In this document: one piece after another, positions 29,973 to 39,510 of the stretch | How positions within the stretch are numbered: position 1 is the stretch's first letter | Layout: the number at the start of each line of letters is the position of its first letter | Virus record (IMG/VR): IMGVR_UViG_3300025810_000004 | Coordinates: 32,001 to 96,000 of that record | Reading direction: 5' to 3' (one strand) | Source: a virus | DNA: 64,000 nt | Translations under genes and position numbers: made by a program | Notes under the pieces: model-generated | What the model was told of the DNA's origin: nothing | Seen by the model: the letters and a program-made list of their open reading frames with translations, nothing else | Databases searched by the model: none

Positions 29973-30701
29973 ATGTCTGATGAAAACACCCGCCAGTTCC
30001 TTGCAGGGGTCAAAGATCGAATTGACGAAGCCTTTGCGGTCATGACCGAGAAGGCAGAACTTCGTGGTACTTCCAATCTTGACGACCAGGGAGTCCACGG
30101 TGTCTTGGGTCGCATGATCCACGACAAGGGTGTTCGCATCAGACGCTGGCTGGAGACTGGTGAAGAGGACTTCGAAGCTGTCCGCGACGACGTTCTCGAC
30201 ACCATCAACTACGCCGCCATCGCGTTGTTCATGGGTGACACCAATCGAGGGGCTGGTCCCGGTCCCTCGATTGGCAATCCCCTCGTCACCCACGGCGAGT
30301 TCGAAAGAGCCCACGAAACCGACGCTGGCTGGGACGTGTACACCAGCGAAGACGTCGTGGTTCCTCCCCACACCCACTCCAACGTTCCCAGCGGCACCCG
30401 CATGGTCCCGCCCCCCGGAACGTGGCTGTTCCTCGTGGGGCGCAGCAGCACGTGGTCGAAGCACAAGCTGATGGTCATTCCCGGTGTCATCGACGCCGGG
30501 TACTCCGGTGAGCTGTTCGCCATGGTCCACAACCCCACCGACCAGCCCGTCACCCTCCCCAAGGGGTCGCGGGTCGTGCAGGCCATCCCCATCCCCATCC
30601 CGGCTCTCAAGGTCGTGGCTGGCTCGATGGAGGACGTTCATGCTGCCGCTGAGCGGTACGGAGACCGTGGCTCCAAGGGGTTTGGTTCCTCAGGAACCTG
30701 A
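29973..30701 (+). CDS. dut: fusion: all-alpha NTP-pyrophosphatase-like (DUF1599/Nmad1-type) domain + trimeric dUTPase
   Basis: N-half GVLGRMIHDK..EAVRDDVLDTINYA; C-half AGWD, GRSS, GVIDAGYSGE, RVVQ, RGSKGFGSSG. Confidence 0.8.
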   Translation: MSDENTRQFLAGVKDRIDEAFAVMTEKAELRGTSNLDDQGVHGVLGRMIHDKGVRIRRWLETGEEDFEAVRDDVLDTINYAAIALFMGDTNRGAGPGPSIGNPLVTHGEFERAHETDAGWDVYTSEDVVVPPHTHSNVPSGTRMVPPPGTWLFLVGRSSTWSKHKLMVIPGVIDAGYSGELFAMVHNPTDQPVTLPKGSRVVQAIPIPIPALKVVAGSMEDVHAAAERYGDRGSKGFGSSGT

Positions 30702-30711
30702 ATGACCTTTT

Positions 30712-30759
30712 CGTTAGGGTTTTTTATAGTCCCGGTTGGGTGTTCTTTCATCCAACCGG
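30712..30759 (+). promoter_or_regulatory. CGTTAG-N7-TAT motif plus hairpin
   Basis: ccggttgggtg-ttcttt-catccaaccgg overlaps GGAG SD of 30770. Confidence 0.6.
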
Positions 30760-30846
30760 AGAAATAAGTATGAAGAATCTCACTGCTTCCGATCGCAAGG
30801 TCCTCATTCGACTCGCTTCTTCGCTCCCGAAGGGAGACAAGTCGCG
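30732..30846 (+). repeat. 115-bp exact repeat, copy 1 (copy 2 at 49106-49220)
   Basis: ccggttgggtg..gacaagtcgcg identical in both places. Confidence 0.9.
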
Positions 30847-31369
30847 CAGGACTATCTTGTCTGGTCTCAGCAAAGTCGCAGCCAAGAAGGTCGTTCTTGA
30901 GGGCCTGGACCCCCGCACCCACAAGGAAATACTGGATGCAATTGGCAAGGTGAAGCGGGTCCTTGGGGACTCTGAGTTCGTTGCCTACAACGACATCTGG
31001 TCCGGCAAGTTCCTTGATGAAGCTTCCCCAACCCGCTATGTGGAGAAGGAACAGGAAGAGTACAACCAGTCAGCCGGGTTCGGCTTGATAGGCTCTATCC
31101 TTCCCCTTCTCAGGGGTTCTGCCAGAAAAGAGGTTGAGGAGGCCCTTAGGTCACAGGGTGTTGCTGTTGTCAGCACCAAGAGTGCTCTGGAATTGGCCAA
31201 GAGCGGGCACGAAGGCGGAGGTGGCTGGAGGTGGGAAGACACCACAGCCACCTGGGGAGACTTGTGGAGACTCGTCAAAGGTAAAGCTGTAGACGCTGTG
31301 GCTGTGTCCAAGTTGGTCGGCAAGCTTGAGGACGAGTATGAGGACGAGGACGAAGACGAGGATTGGTAG
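30770..31369 (+). CDS. LIRLA-leader family protein 1
   Basis: MKNLTASDRKVLIRLASSLPKGDKSRRTILSGL then unique domain with acidic tail. Confidence 0.8.
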   Translation: MKNLTASDRKVLIRLASSLPKGDKSRRTILSGLSKVAAKKVVLEGLDPRTHKEILDAIGKVKRVLGDSEFVAYNDIWSGKFLDEASPTRYVEKEQEEYNQSAGFGLIGSILPLLRGSARKEVEEALRSQGVAVVSTKSALELAKSGHEGGGGWRWEDTTATWGDLWRLVKGKAVDAVAVSKLVGKLEDEYEDEDEDEDW

Positions 31370-31411
31370 AAGGGGTACGGTATCTCCAACACCCACTAGG
31401 AGGTACCCACA

Positions 31412-32464
31412 ATGAAGCTCCGTTCCAACACCCCCGCCCTCACATACGACGACGTTCTTCTCGTCCCGGCTCATTCGAGGTGTCTGCCAAACGAGGTGGA
31501 CACCTCGGTGCGTCTTGGGGGTCTGGACCTCAGAATCCCTATTCTTTCCTCCGCCATGGACACGGTCACTGAGTCCACGATGGCTATCGCCCTTGCTGAG
31601 GAAGGGGGACTGGGGGTCATCCACAAGAATCTGTCTGTCGAGGAGCAGGTTCGTCAGGTTTCCGAGGTCAAGTCCAAGGGGCTTCTGGTCGGTGCCGCAG
31701 TTGGGATCGGGGAATCTGGTCTGAGCCGTGCCCACGCCCTTGTGGAAGCTGGCGTCGACCTCCTCTGTGTGGACACAGCGCATGGGCACTCAGAAGGCGT
31801 TCTCCGTGCCGTTTCCTTGGCCAGAAAGGCTTTCCCCGGCATGAATATCCTGGCTGGGTCCGTGGCCACACGGGAGGGCGCGGAAGCGGTCGCGAAGGCG
31901 GGTGCTAATATCCTCAAAGTCGGGATAGGTCCGGGCTCCATATGTACCACCAGGGTTGTGTCTGGGGTGGGTTTCCCGCAGCTTTCCGCCATAGACGAAG
32001 CTTTTGATTTCTGCTTCAACAACGACGTCGATATAGTCGCAGATGGTGGTATCAAAGTTTCCGGCGACATAGCCAAGGCAATAGGCGTCGGAGCCACTGT
32101 GGTCATGGTGGGTTCTCTCCTGTCTGGTACCGACGAGTCACCCGGCGAGGTGTTTGAACACGGGGGTCGGAAGTACAAGACCTATCGGGGTATGGGCTCC
32201 ATAGACGCCATGAAGGCTGGGTCCTCTGACAGGTATTTCCAGGACAACACCAAGAAGCTTGTGGCCGAAGGTATCAAGTCTCGTGTCCCCTACAAGGGCT
32301 CTGTTCGGGACATCGTGTACCAGCTCGTCGGTGGCTTGCGTTCCGCCATGGGTTACACCGGACACCCCAACCTCAGCACCATGATCGGCAACTGCGAGTT
32401 TGTCCGCATAACCAGCAGCGGGATCGTGGAGAGTCGCCCCCACAGCGTCGAGCAGGTTGACTGA
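31412..32464 (+). CDS. guaB: IMP dehydrogenase, CBS-less
   Basis: LTYDDVLLVP, SAMDTVTE, DTAHGHS, GIGPGSICTT, ADGGI, YRGMGS. Confidence 0.95.
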   Translation: MKLRSNTPALTYDDVLLVPAHSRCLPNEVDTSVRLGGLDLRIPILSSAMDTVTESTMAIALAEEGGLGVIHKNLSVEEQVRQVSEVKSKGLLVGAAVGIGESGLSRAHALVEAGVDLLCVDTAHGHSEGVLRAVSLARKAFPGMNILAGSVATREGAEAVAKAGANILKVGIGPGSICTTRVVSGVGFPQLSAIDEAFDFCFNNDVDIVADGGIKVSGDIAKAIGVGATVVMVGSLLSGTDESPGEVFEHGGRKYKTYRGMGSIDAMKAGSSDRYFQDNTKKLVAEGIKSRVPYKGSVRDIVYQLVGGLRSAMGYTGHPNLSTMIGNCEFVRITSSGIVESRPHSVEQVD

Positions 32465-32598
32465 TTTCTCGTTGAAGATGGAGGTGTTCCCCGTGGAACG
32501 GGATCCCTACGAAATCAGCGTGACCATTTCCGCAAAGGTCCGCTGAACTGCTCCAGACTGTATAAGAGGATGCCCCCGTAACCCATTGGAGCACTCTC

Positions 32599-33114
32599 AT
32601 GAGCGTGGTATTTCCTGAGTCATCGGACCCTATGTCTTGGGTCACCAAGGATGGTCGAGTCCACAACATCTCGAAGATGGAGGACCGCCACATCCACAAG
32701 GCATTGAAGCACCTGTACTCTCTTTCTGAGTCCGACGTCAGACAGGGTCTTCACCGTATGGTCAACGACCTCGAAAAGGAACACGGTGGTCCCACCGTGT
32801 TCTCCATGCGGCTCCATAAGGTTGCCTCCTTCGGCTCCCTTCGTGAGGCCAGAGTCTCCTACACCCCCCAGCTTCCCCACCTGGAAGCCGAAGCTGAACT
32901 GAGGAACATTGGTGGGTGGAGGTACCTCGTGTCCGACTCTCAGGTGCACAAGTCTCTGGGGGAGGTGCTTGGCGGCGCGGCCAACATCGTGAAGACCTAC
33001 AAGTCCCTGGGCCACAACCCCAACGTTCCCATCAAGGCAGAGATCGAGAGCATCGTGAACGCAGTCGAACTCCTGGAGAAGGCTGGGTACCGATTTGAGT
33101 CCTACCCCCGTTAG
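32599..33114 (+). CDS. hypothetical protein
   Basis: WVTKDGRVHNISKMEDRHI N-terminus; SD GGAG. Confidence 0.6.
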   Translation: MSVVFPESSDPMSWVTKDGRVHNISKMEDRHIHKALKHLYSLSESDVRQGLHRMVNDLEKEHGGPTVFSMRLHKVASFGSLREARVSYTPQLPHLEAEAELRNIGGWRYLVSDSQVHKSLGEVLGGAANIVKTYKSLGHNPNVPIKAEIESIVNAVELLEKAGYRFESYPR

Positions 33115-33117
33115 GAT

Positions 33118-33885
33118 TCACTCCTCGTCGGAAAAATCGATCACCCTTTTGGAAGCGTGTACCACGCACCGCTCCGGTCCATCGTGGTAGTATCGGCAGT
33201 TGTTCCCCAGACCACCTATGTACAGTCCGGTGGCTGGGTCGCAGCACAGACCGGGCCAACCCTCGTTGTGTTTTGTCGGCTTTCTTCTCATGGCTTCCGG
33301 AACTGGTTCGTAGAGCCCTCTGACCTTCCAATTCACGCCGAGGTGGGCTCGCCGCTTCCGGTTGACCATATTTGGGTTGAGCCTCCAAGCGTCCAGGGTG
33401 GCCTCCCTCAGGGCTTGGCAACAATATTCTTCGGCTCTGGCCTCCACCTGCAGTGGGCTGTCCTCGGTTATTCCGTGGTGCTTGTAATTGGTGTGTCCGC
33501 ATTTGAACACGGTCGGGAGTCCGAAGTCGCAGTCCGGGGACAATTCCACCCCCTGGTCTTCAGAGATTTCGATGTCTTCCGATGTCCCCGATGAGATGGG
33601 AGATGTCATGACTTGGGCCGCCGGACGGCCTTTGGTGCTCTTGGGGCTTTTCTTGACCTTGGTAGACTTCTTCTTGACCTTGGTAGACTTCTTCTTGACC
33701 TTGGTAGACTTCTTCTTGACTTTCTTGTCGGTTCTACCACTCAGGTCTTCCGGTACCCTCAAGTCATTCGAATTCGGCGAATTCAGAACTTGAGAGAATT
33801 CCTTCGAGGTCATTTCCAATTCGGGACTGGGCTTGGCGGGCTTCTTCTTCACCCACCCTTCTATCAGAGAATTTACGTTCCTCAT
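33118..33885 (-). CDS. hypothetical Lys-rich, Cys-containing protein
   Basis: KKKSTKV tandem repeat; Cys/His-rich C-half. Confidence 0.6.
   Translation of the reverse strand: MRNVNSLIEGWVKKKPAKPSPELEMTSKEFSQVLNSPNSNDLRVPEDLSGRTDKKVKKKSTKVKKKSTKVKKKSTKVKKSPKSTKGRPAAQVMTSPISSGTSEDIEISEDQGVELSPDCDFGLPTVFKCGHTNYKHHGITEDSPLQVEARAEEYCCQALREATLDAWRLNPNMVNRKRRAHLGVNWKVRGLYEPVPEAMRRKPTKHNEGWPGLCCDPATGLYIGGLGNNCRYYHDGPERCVVHASKRVIDFSDEE
33650..33720. repeat. 21-bp tandem repeat x3.4
   Basis: ttcttgaccttggtagacttc, encodes KKKSTKV on minus strand. Confidence 0.9.
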
Positions 33886-33895
33886 GTTCTTCCAG

Positions 33896-33910
33896 CGTTA
33901 GGTGAGTTAT
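33896..33910 (+). promoter_or_regulatory. CGTTAG-N6-TAT promoter-like motif
   Basis: upstream of baseplate operon. Confidence 0.6.
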
Positions 33911-33934
33911 ACGGCTCTTAGTTTAGAGGTGGAA

Positions 33935-35086
33935 TTGAGTAAAGAAATACAAATAGGGTTTCCCTGCCCTCACCTTGTGGTTGAGGAACCAGTTTCCCTG
34001 GGGAGCGACCGTCGGTCACTCGATACCAGAGCCCCTGTGTCCAATTCCAACACAGTCAGGGTCTTGGTAAACGACTCTTTCTATGTCCCTCCTTCCGGTC
34101 TCTATAACCAAGCTACCCTGTACAGTCCGGAGGGGCCTTTCAGGATAAGACCCTGCCTGGGCCTCGCTGGTCCGGATGCCAACCTGTTCACGGTCACCAC
34201 CAGCGCTGGCGAGGTCACGGTCAGGCTCCCCACCGGGGACCGGGTGTCTGTGACGAGGATAGTGGAATTCCTGAAGCTGAAGTTGGACGGGTTCTGCCTG
34301 GTCAGAGTATCCGACAACAAGTTCACCCTTTCCGACCCCTACGAAGCTGGCCGGGGGTCTTTTGTGAGGGTGGGGGGTGAGGCTTCCGACACACTCAGAT
34401 TCTCCCAGAAGATGGCCAGAGGGAAGGAGCTGTACCCCGCTTGGAACCTGGAGTCGAGAGACGAGGTTTTCCCCGCTTCCACCATAGGCAGGGTGGTCAT
34501 AGTCAAGGCTCGATACCCCAAATTCGTGTCTCCCATCAGGGGGAACCCCACGTTCAAGGTCACCTATTCTGCCATGCCGGAAAGGTGTCCGAGGTGCCAA
34601 GCCACATATGTGGAGAATGACTACAGGTTCAACCCGTCCGGGGAATTGCTGACCATAGTGAACGAGAATCTGCTCCAGCAGGTTTGTCTCAAGGCTATAC
34701 TCACCGTTCGGGGGTCCAATCCCTTCCACCCTGGGTATGGTTCAAGGATAATGGAACGGGTGGGGTCAAAGTCCGTTCGGGCCGTGGCCGCAAGGATAAG
34801 AGAAGATGTGGTGAACGCCCTGAACACAGTCCAAGAGCTGCAGAGGAAGCAGGGGGCCTTCCAGCAGGTCACCAACAAGGAGCGGCTGTATAGGGTGGTG
34901 ACTGTGGACGTCAAGCCGGGTCCGGACCCCACTGTCTTCAACATATCGGTAGTAGTTACCAACGGTTCCGGTTCCCCCGTCAGAACCACTGTGATCTATA
35001 CAGCGCCTGGTGCCGTGGCCCTCGCAGGCTCCAACGGCCAGTCCCTGGGGAAACAGCCAACCCGTGTGATACTGGGTGAGTCATGA
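33935..35086 (+). CDS. baseplate wedge protein with C-terminal gp25/GPW-like domain
   Basis: LKAILTVRGSNPFHPGYGS; TTG start after GAGGTGG; adjacent to baseplate J-like gene. Confidence 0.7.
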   Translation: MSKEIQIGFPCPHLVVEEPVSLGSDRRSLDTRAPVSNSNTVRVLVNDSFYVPPSGLYNQATLYSPEGPFRIRPCLGLAGPDANLFTVTTSAGEVTVRLPTGDRVSVTRIVEFLKLKLDGFCLVRVSDNKFTLSDPYEAGRGSFVRVGGEASDTLRFSQKMARGKELYPAWNLESRDEVFPASTIGRVVIVKARYPKFVSPIRGNPTFKVTYSAMPERCPRCQATYVENDYRFNPSGELLTIVNENLLQQVCLKAILTVRGSNPFHPGYGSRIMERVGSKSVRAVAARIREDVVNALNTVQELQRKQGAFQQVTNKERLYRVVTVDVKPGPDPTVFNISVVVTNGSGSPVRTTVIYTAPGAVALAGSNGQSLGKQPTRVILGES

Positions 35087-38000
35087 GCGTCGCTATCAAG
35101 GGACCCGACGGGGTTTCCTACCAGGAATTGTTCTATTCCACGAATCTACAGGCTGTCTTCCTGAGCGGGAGCATACCCTCCTCCGCCGTGGAAGTGCAGG
35201 TAGACTTCAACGACTCAGGGTACAACTCCTATCAAGGTCTTGTGCGGTGGGGGGACGGAACCTGGACCTTCCCGGACCCCTCCTACGAGCCCGATGGTAT
35301 AGCGCTTTCTGTGGGAGTCAACTCCTTCAAGATCCGTGCTATCCTCCCCAATGGGTCGGTGACTCCCCCCGCCACGGCCAGTATAAGGTTCCTTGACAAT
35401 TCCGGAGCAGTGGCCAACTCCCCCACCTCCGTGTCTGTGGAGCAGAACAACAACTCTGTCTCCATCAACGTGGAACCCCCCGATGACCCCAACGGGTACC
35501 TTCGGGGCATAAACTTCTACGCCTCCACTTTTCCTGGGGGTGGGAGTTCTGGGTACTTCCGAATAAACGTCAACACGGTTTCCACTTCCAGCACCATCCA
35601 GAAGACCTCCCAGTTCGCCAATTCCCAGTTTGACGTTACGGTCAAGGCGGATGCCAACGGCAATCACGTTGCCGACCCCATGTACTTCAGGGTGGCGGGG
35701 TCACAAGAGGACTCAGACGAGGTTCTCCTTCAATCTGACTTCTCCGAGAAGTACGAAATACCAGAGTCTGCTGTTTCCATAAGGTACGTTTCTCAGCTCG
35801 AAGAGATCCGCACGGTCGAGGTCTTCAGCTTTGACCACAACCGCAGTTTCGGCCCCACCTCTGTCGTCCCAACCGTTGGCGTATCCGAATTCCGGTCTCT
35901 CTCAAACACCGAGCCTCTGTACTACGTGGCGACTGCAGTCTTCTACGACCCCATCCAGAAGCTCGAATACGAGTCTGCCTTTTCGGCTGAGGTCGTTGCC
36001 CATCCCGCGACGGTCACCCGCCTCCTCGGTTCGATAGGCACCGCTTCCAGGCAGGATATACTCCAGCAGTTCGTCACTGCCATATTCCGGAGCAACCCTC
36101 AGGTCAAGGTGGAGGTGGGGTCAGTCCTTCGCGACACGGTCATAGACCCCTTCACCTCCGAGTCTGAGAAGCTCCGGTTCATATTGGACTTCTACAACCG
36201 GGCCAGAACCCCGGCCCTTCTCCTTCAGATAGACGACCCCGACGGTTCCGGAACCAGCGTCCCCGTTTCCCAGAGCACCTACAAATCGGGACTGAAGTCC
36301 GCGTTGTACTTCGACACCGATTCCCAGGTGCAGGACCTCATAGACTCGGCTTTCGAGTCTTACGCCTCAAACTTCGGTGTCACCCGCAAGGCTGGGGTCT
36401 CGGCCAGAGGTGAAGTCACCTTCTTCACCTCCACCAGACCCCAGACCACGGTTTCCATACCTATAGGAACTCAGGTTTCCGGTGGGGGCCAGACCTTTTC
36501 CGTCACCCAGAACGTTTCCATACCCGTGGGGCAGCTGGCTTCCTATTATGACCCGGTTTCTGGGTTCTACAAGGTGAACGCCCCCATCCGGTCTGTAGAA
36601 GTCGGAACTCAGACCAACCTGGGTGCTGGTCAGATAAACAAGATCCTGTCCAACGTGGGCTCCAAAATTCGCGTCACGAATTCCGCCTCTACCTTTGGGG
36701 GTCAGGAAGGGGAGAGCAACCTTTCCCTCACCACCAGAGTGCAGAACCGACTGTCCTCTGTGGACTCAGGCACCAAGCAAGGGTACCAGCAGTCTGCTGC
36801 GAACACCCCCGGTGTCATAAAGTCAGGTGTCGTGGCGGCTGGGGACCCACTCATGCAGCGGGACCTCGACCAGACGGGGACCCATAGGGGTGGGAAGGTG
36901 GACGTTTGGGTGCAGGGAACCAACCTCACCACGGTCACCGATTCCTTCGCCTTCACGTTTGAGATCAAGTCGGACGTTCAATTCGAGGTTCTGGATACCG
37001 CCTCTTTGACGTTCAGGGCCATAGACTCCGACCTGTCCGAGTTTGACCCCATCATTGAAATGCTGGACAACTCCGTTATAGGCTATGAGTTCGTAAACGC
37101 CTCCACCGGGCAGGCTTTCGATTTGCAGGGAGTCAAGATAGTCTCCTACAACACCATAGAGTTGGACACTAGTTTGGTCCAACCGTCTGTGGACCTCACG
37201 GACGTGGTGTTGGGTTCTTATCGGAAACGCACTGGCACGGATTTCGTCTTCGTCAGACAGCCCGTCTTTGGGGTCACCTCCCTTGAAGGAGCTGTAAGCG
37301 GCGACATTCCCAGCTCGGCGTACACTCTCGTTCATCCCAATGCCCCCTTGTCTTACGGCAGGTCTATCCTGGCTGGGGACTTCTTGTCGGTGGTCGGGTA
37401 CACAGACGACAGCGGAAACTCCGTCCCCAGTGGTGACACGAATTCCGTGACGGACGAGCAGCACGTTCTGGTGGGTCAGTACCCGGAGTTTCTGGACAGC
37501 CTGGGGACCAACTTCCTCACCATAGTGGTGAAAAGCTCCGATGGCCTCACCACCTATGCTGGACCACTCGATCCGGGTGGCGCTCCCGACTACCAGATAA
37601 CCCTCGGTACCCAGACCACTGCGGTGAGCATAACCAGAACGGATTCAAGTTCCATACCGAGTGGGGCGATAGTTCTCGTATCGTACGAACACGACGAGAA
37701 TTTCACCGTGACCTACACCACCAACCTGATAGTCAAAACCACCCAGGACTCCATAGACCAGACCAAACACGCTACTGCAGATGTCCTTGTGAAGGAGGCA
37801 GTTCCCATTCCCATAGACGTGGAAGCCACCATACTTCTGTCTCCGGGCGTGGATACCGGGGTGGCTGACACCTCGCTCAGAACAAACCTCAACAACTTCT
37901 TCGGCCAGCTTCGGTTGGGGGACCCAGTAAGGCAGTCGGACATCATAAACGTCATCGAGGGAACCAGTGGCGTTTCATACGTGGTCGTTCCCCTCACAAA

Positions 38001-38538
38001 GATGGTCCGTCAGGAAGGCAGCACCGTCGTCAGGGAGCAACTGTCGACCGATACAGCTGCGGAAAGCACCCTTCTCACGGGGTTGGTGGCTTCGGCTTCT
38101 TCTGTGTTTATCCTCAACCAGGAGTTCTCCGCCGCAACCGTTGACGGCGGGGGTCAGGAAGGGGACTTCAAGGCGGTATTCCAAGACGATTTGGAGCTAG
38201 AACTTTTGCCCTCCTCCTCCACTCTTCAGTCCCTCGCTTTGGGTCCCGGTTACGCCTTCATTATTGGTGAAAAGGGTATGTCTATACCGGGATTTTCGGA
38301 TGACGCCACCCTCGAAGCTGAGGGGTATACCACCGAGTCTGCCAAATCCTCCCGCAGAAAAGAAATAACTGCCAACAGGGCTGTGGTTTCCGTCGCGGTT
38401 GGGGACTCCCCCGTCAACCACGAGTATTCGGTCACCTACATCGTGGGGAACGACACTGGCTCAAAGAACATAGACCCAGGCGGGGCCGAATTCTGTCAGG
38501 TGGGAACCCTGACCCTGACCTACGACGAGGACTCCTGA
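35083..38538 (+). CDS. baseplate J/gp6-like protein
   Basis: NFGVTRKAG..ARGEVTF, IPIGT, VTN..TFGGQEGES, GKVDVWV, LGDPVRQSDI. Confidence 0.8.
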   Translation: MSVAIKGPDGVSYQELFYSTNLQAVFLSGSIPSSAVEVQVDFNDSGYNSYQGLVRWGDGTWTFPDPSYEPDGIALSVGVNSFKIRAILPNGSVTPPATASIRFLDNSGAVANSPTSVSVEQNNNSVSINVEPPDDPNGYLRGINFYASTFPGGGSSGYFRINVNTVSTSSTIQKTSQFANSQFDVTVKADANGNHVADPMYFRVAGSQEDSDEVLLQSDFSEKYEIPESAVSIRYVSQLEEIRTVEVFSFDHNRSFGPTSVVPTVGVSEFRSLSNTEPLYYVATAVFYDPIQKLEYESAFSAEVVAHPATVTRLLGSIGTASRQDILQQFVTAIFRSNPQVKVEVGSVLRDTVIDPFTSESEKLRFILDFYNRARTPALLLQIDDPDGSGTSVPVSQSTYKSGLKSALYFDTDSQVQDLIDSAFESYASNFGVTRKAGVSARGEVTFFTSTRPQTTVSIPIGTQVSGGGQTFSVTQNVSIPVGQLASYYDPVSGFYKVNAPIRSVEVGTQTNLGAGQINKILSNVGSKIRVTNSASTFGGQEGESNLSLTTRVQNRLSSVDSGTKQGYQQSAANTPGVIKSGVVAAGDPLMQRDLDQTGTHRGGKVDVWVQGTNLTTVTDSFAFTFEIKSDVQFEVLDTASLTFRAIDSDLSEFDPIIEMLDNSVIGYEFVNASTGQAFDLQGVKIVSYNTIELDTSLVQPSVDLTDVVLGSYRKRTGTDFVFVRQPVFGVTSLEGAVSGDIPSSAYTLVHPNAPLSYGRSILAGDFLSVVGYTDDSGNSVPSGDTNSVTDEQHVLVGQYPEFLDSLGTNFLTIVVKSSDGLTTYAGPLDPGGAPDYQITLGTQTTAVSITRTDSSSIPSGAIVLVSYEHDENFTVTYTTNLIVKTTQDSIDQTKHATADVLVKEAVPIPIDVEATILLSPGVDTGVADTSLRTNLNNFFGQLRLGDPVRQSDIINVIEGTSGVSYVVVPLTKMVRQEGSTVVREQLSTDTAAESTLLTGLVASASSVFILNQEFSAATVDGGGQEGDFKAVFQDDLELELLPSSSTLQSLALGPGYAFIIGEKGMSIPGFSDDATLEAEGYTTESAKSSRRKEITANRAVVSVAVGDSPVNHEYSVTYIVGNDTGSKNIDPGGAEFCQVGTLTLTYDEDS

Positions 38539-38694
38539 TTGTGGCTTCCTTTGATATGGCATGTTTGGTCTGCTACAACCTCATATCACATGGGCTCCGC
38601 AAGAGCGAGATCGCCGCTGCGATGAACGAACCCCCCGACTTCGTTTCCAAGGTGATGCGGGCCATCCGAAAGGTCGCCGCCGATTGGCGGGATC

Positions 38695-38949
38695 ATGTCG
38701 GCATCTGACCAGAACCAGACACAAGCGAAGCCACCCGGCCACACCTGCCCCACCATCGACAAGGCCCAGCGGTCGATGCGCCGTCTCGCGTGGCGAGCAC
38801 GGCAACCGGAGCGGACGGCGGACACCTCCGAAGTGCTGGCAGAGGGGCTGGCACTACTGGAGTCCGTCAGGGCCGAGAACGCTGCGATGCGGAAGGCGTA
38901 CTACGAGATGCGTAGCAGACTGCGGGAGGTGGAAGATGGCAAGGCGTGA
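38695..38949 (+). CDS. hypothetical protein
   Basis: PGHTCPTID then coiled coil. Confidence 0.55.
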   Translation: MSASDQNQTQAKPPGHTCPTIDKAQRSMRRLAWRARQPERTADTSEVLAEGLALLESVRAENAAMRKAYYEMRSRLREVEDGKA

Positions 38950-39136
38950 GGCTCACTGTCTGGTATGCGGTCGGAAGTACATCGACTATGACGCCGCACC
39001 CCGCTTCTTCTGCTCCGTGGGTTGTGCGGCGGACGCTGGCGACCTCTCCCACGAGCGGGTCCATCGAGATACTGGACGAACCCGCCCAGCCCGAGTCGTC
39101 CGGTCCATCAAGAAGGCGACGGTGAGTGATGACTGA
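38936..39136 (+). CDS. small zinc-finger protein
   Basis: CLVCG..FCSVGC; SD GGAGG. Confidence 0.55.
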   Translation: MARREAHCLVCGRKYIDYDAAPRFFCSVGCAADAGDLSHERVHRDTGRTRPARVVRSIKKATVSDD

Positions 39137-39506
39137 CCCCCACCGAGAACTCCGCGACAACCTGTCGAACATCGACCCCGCATGGCGAGGGGAGATCGAG
39201 TCCCTGCTGGCCGACCGGGACCACCTTCTCCGCGTTCTACGGGTGGAGAAGGTGGTCACATCGGCGGCACCCGAGGGGTGGACCTATCTGCCCAAGGAAC
39301 CCACTGAGATGTGGGTGTGGAACGGACCCTTCACCCACAACGTCCGACCCGTCATCGTCCGCAAGAGTGCGCGGGTGTGGGAACTCCGACAGAAACCCGA
39401 TGGGGGGATGGCGCTGTCCTTCCCGACTGCGCTGGAGGCCATGCTCGCTGAGCCTCCGTGGGCGTCCATCGAGGACGGGGACACGCAGGAGATCACGCTG
39501 TGGTGA
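39129..39506 (+). CDS. hypothetical protein
   Basis: overlaps upstream gene end. Confidence 0.5.
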   Translation: MTDPHRELRDNLSNIDPAWRGEIESLLADRDHLLRVLRVEKVVTSAAPEGWTYLPKEPTEMWVWNGPFTHNVRPVIVRKSARVWELRQKPDGGMALSFPTALEAMLAEPPWASIEDGDTQEITLW

Positions 39507-39510
39507 GTGA

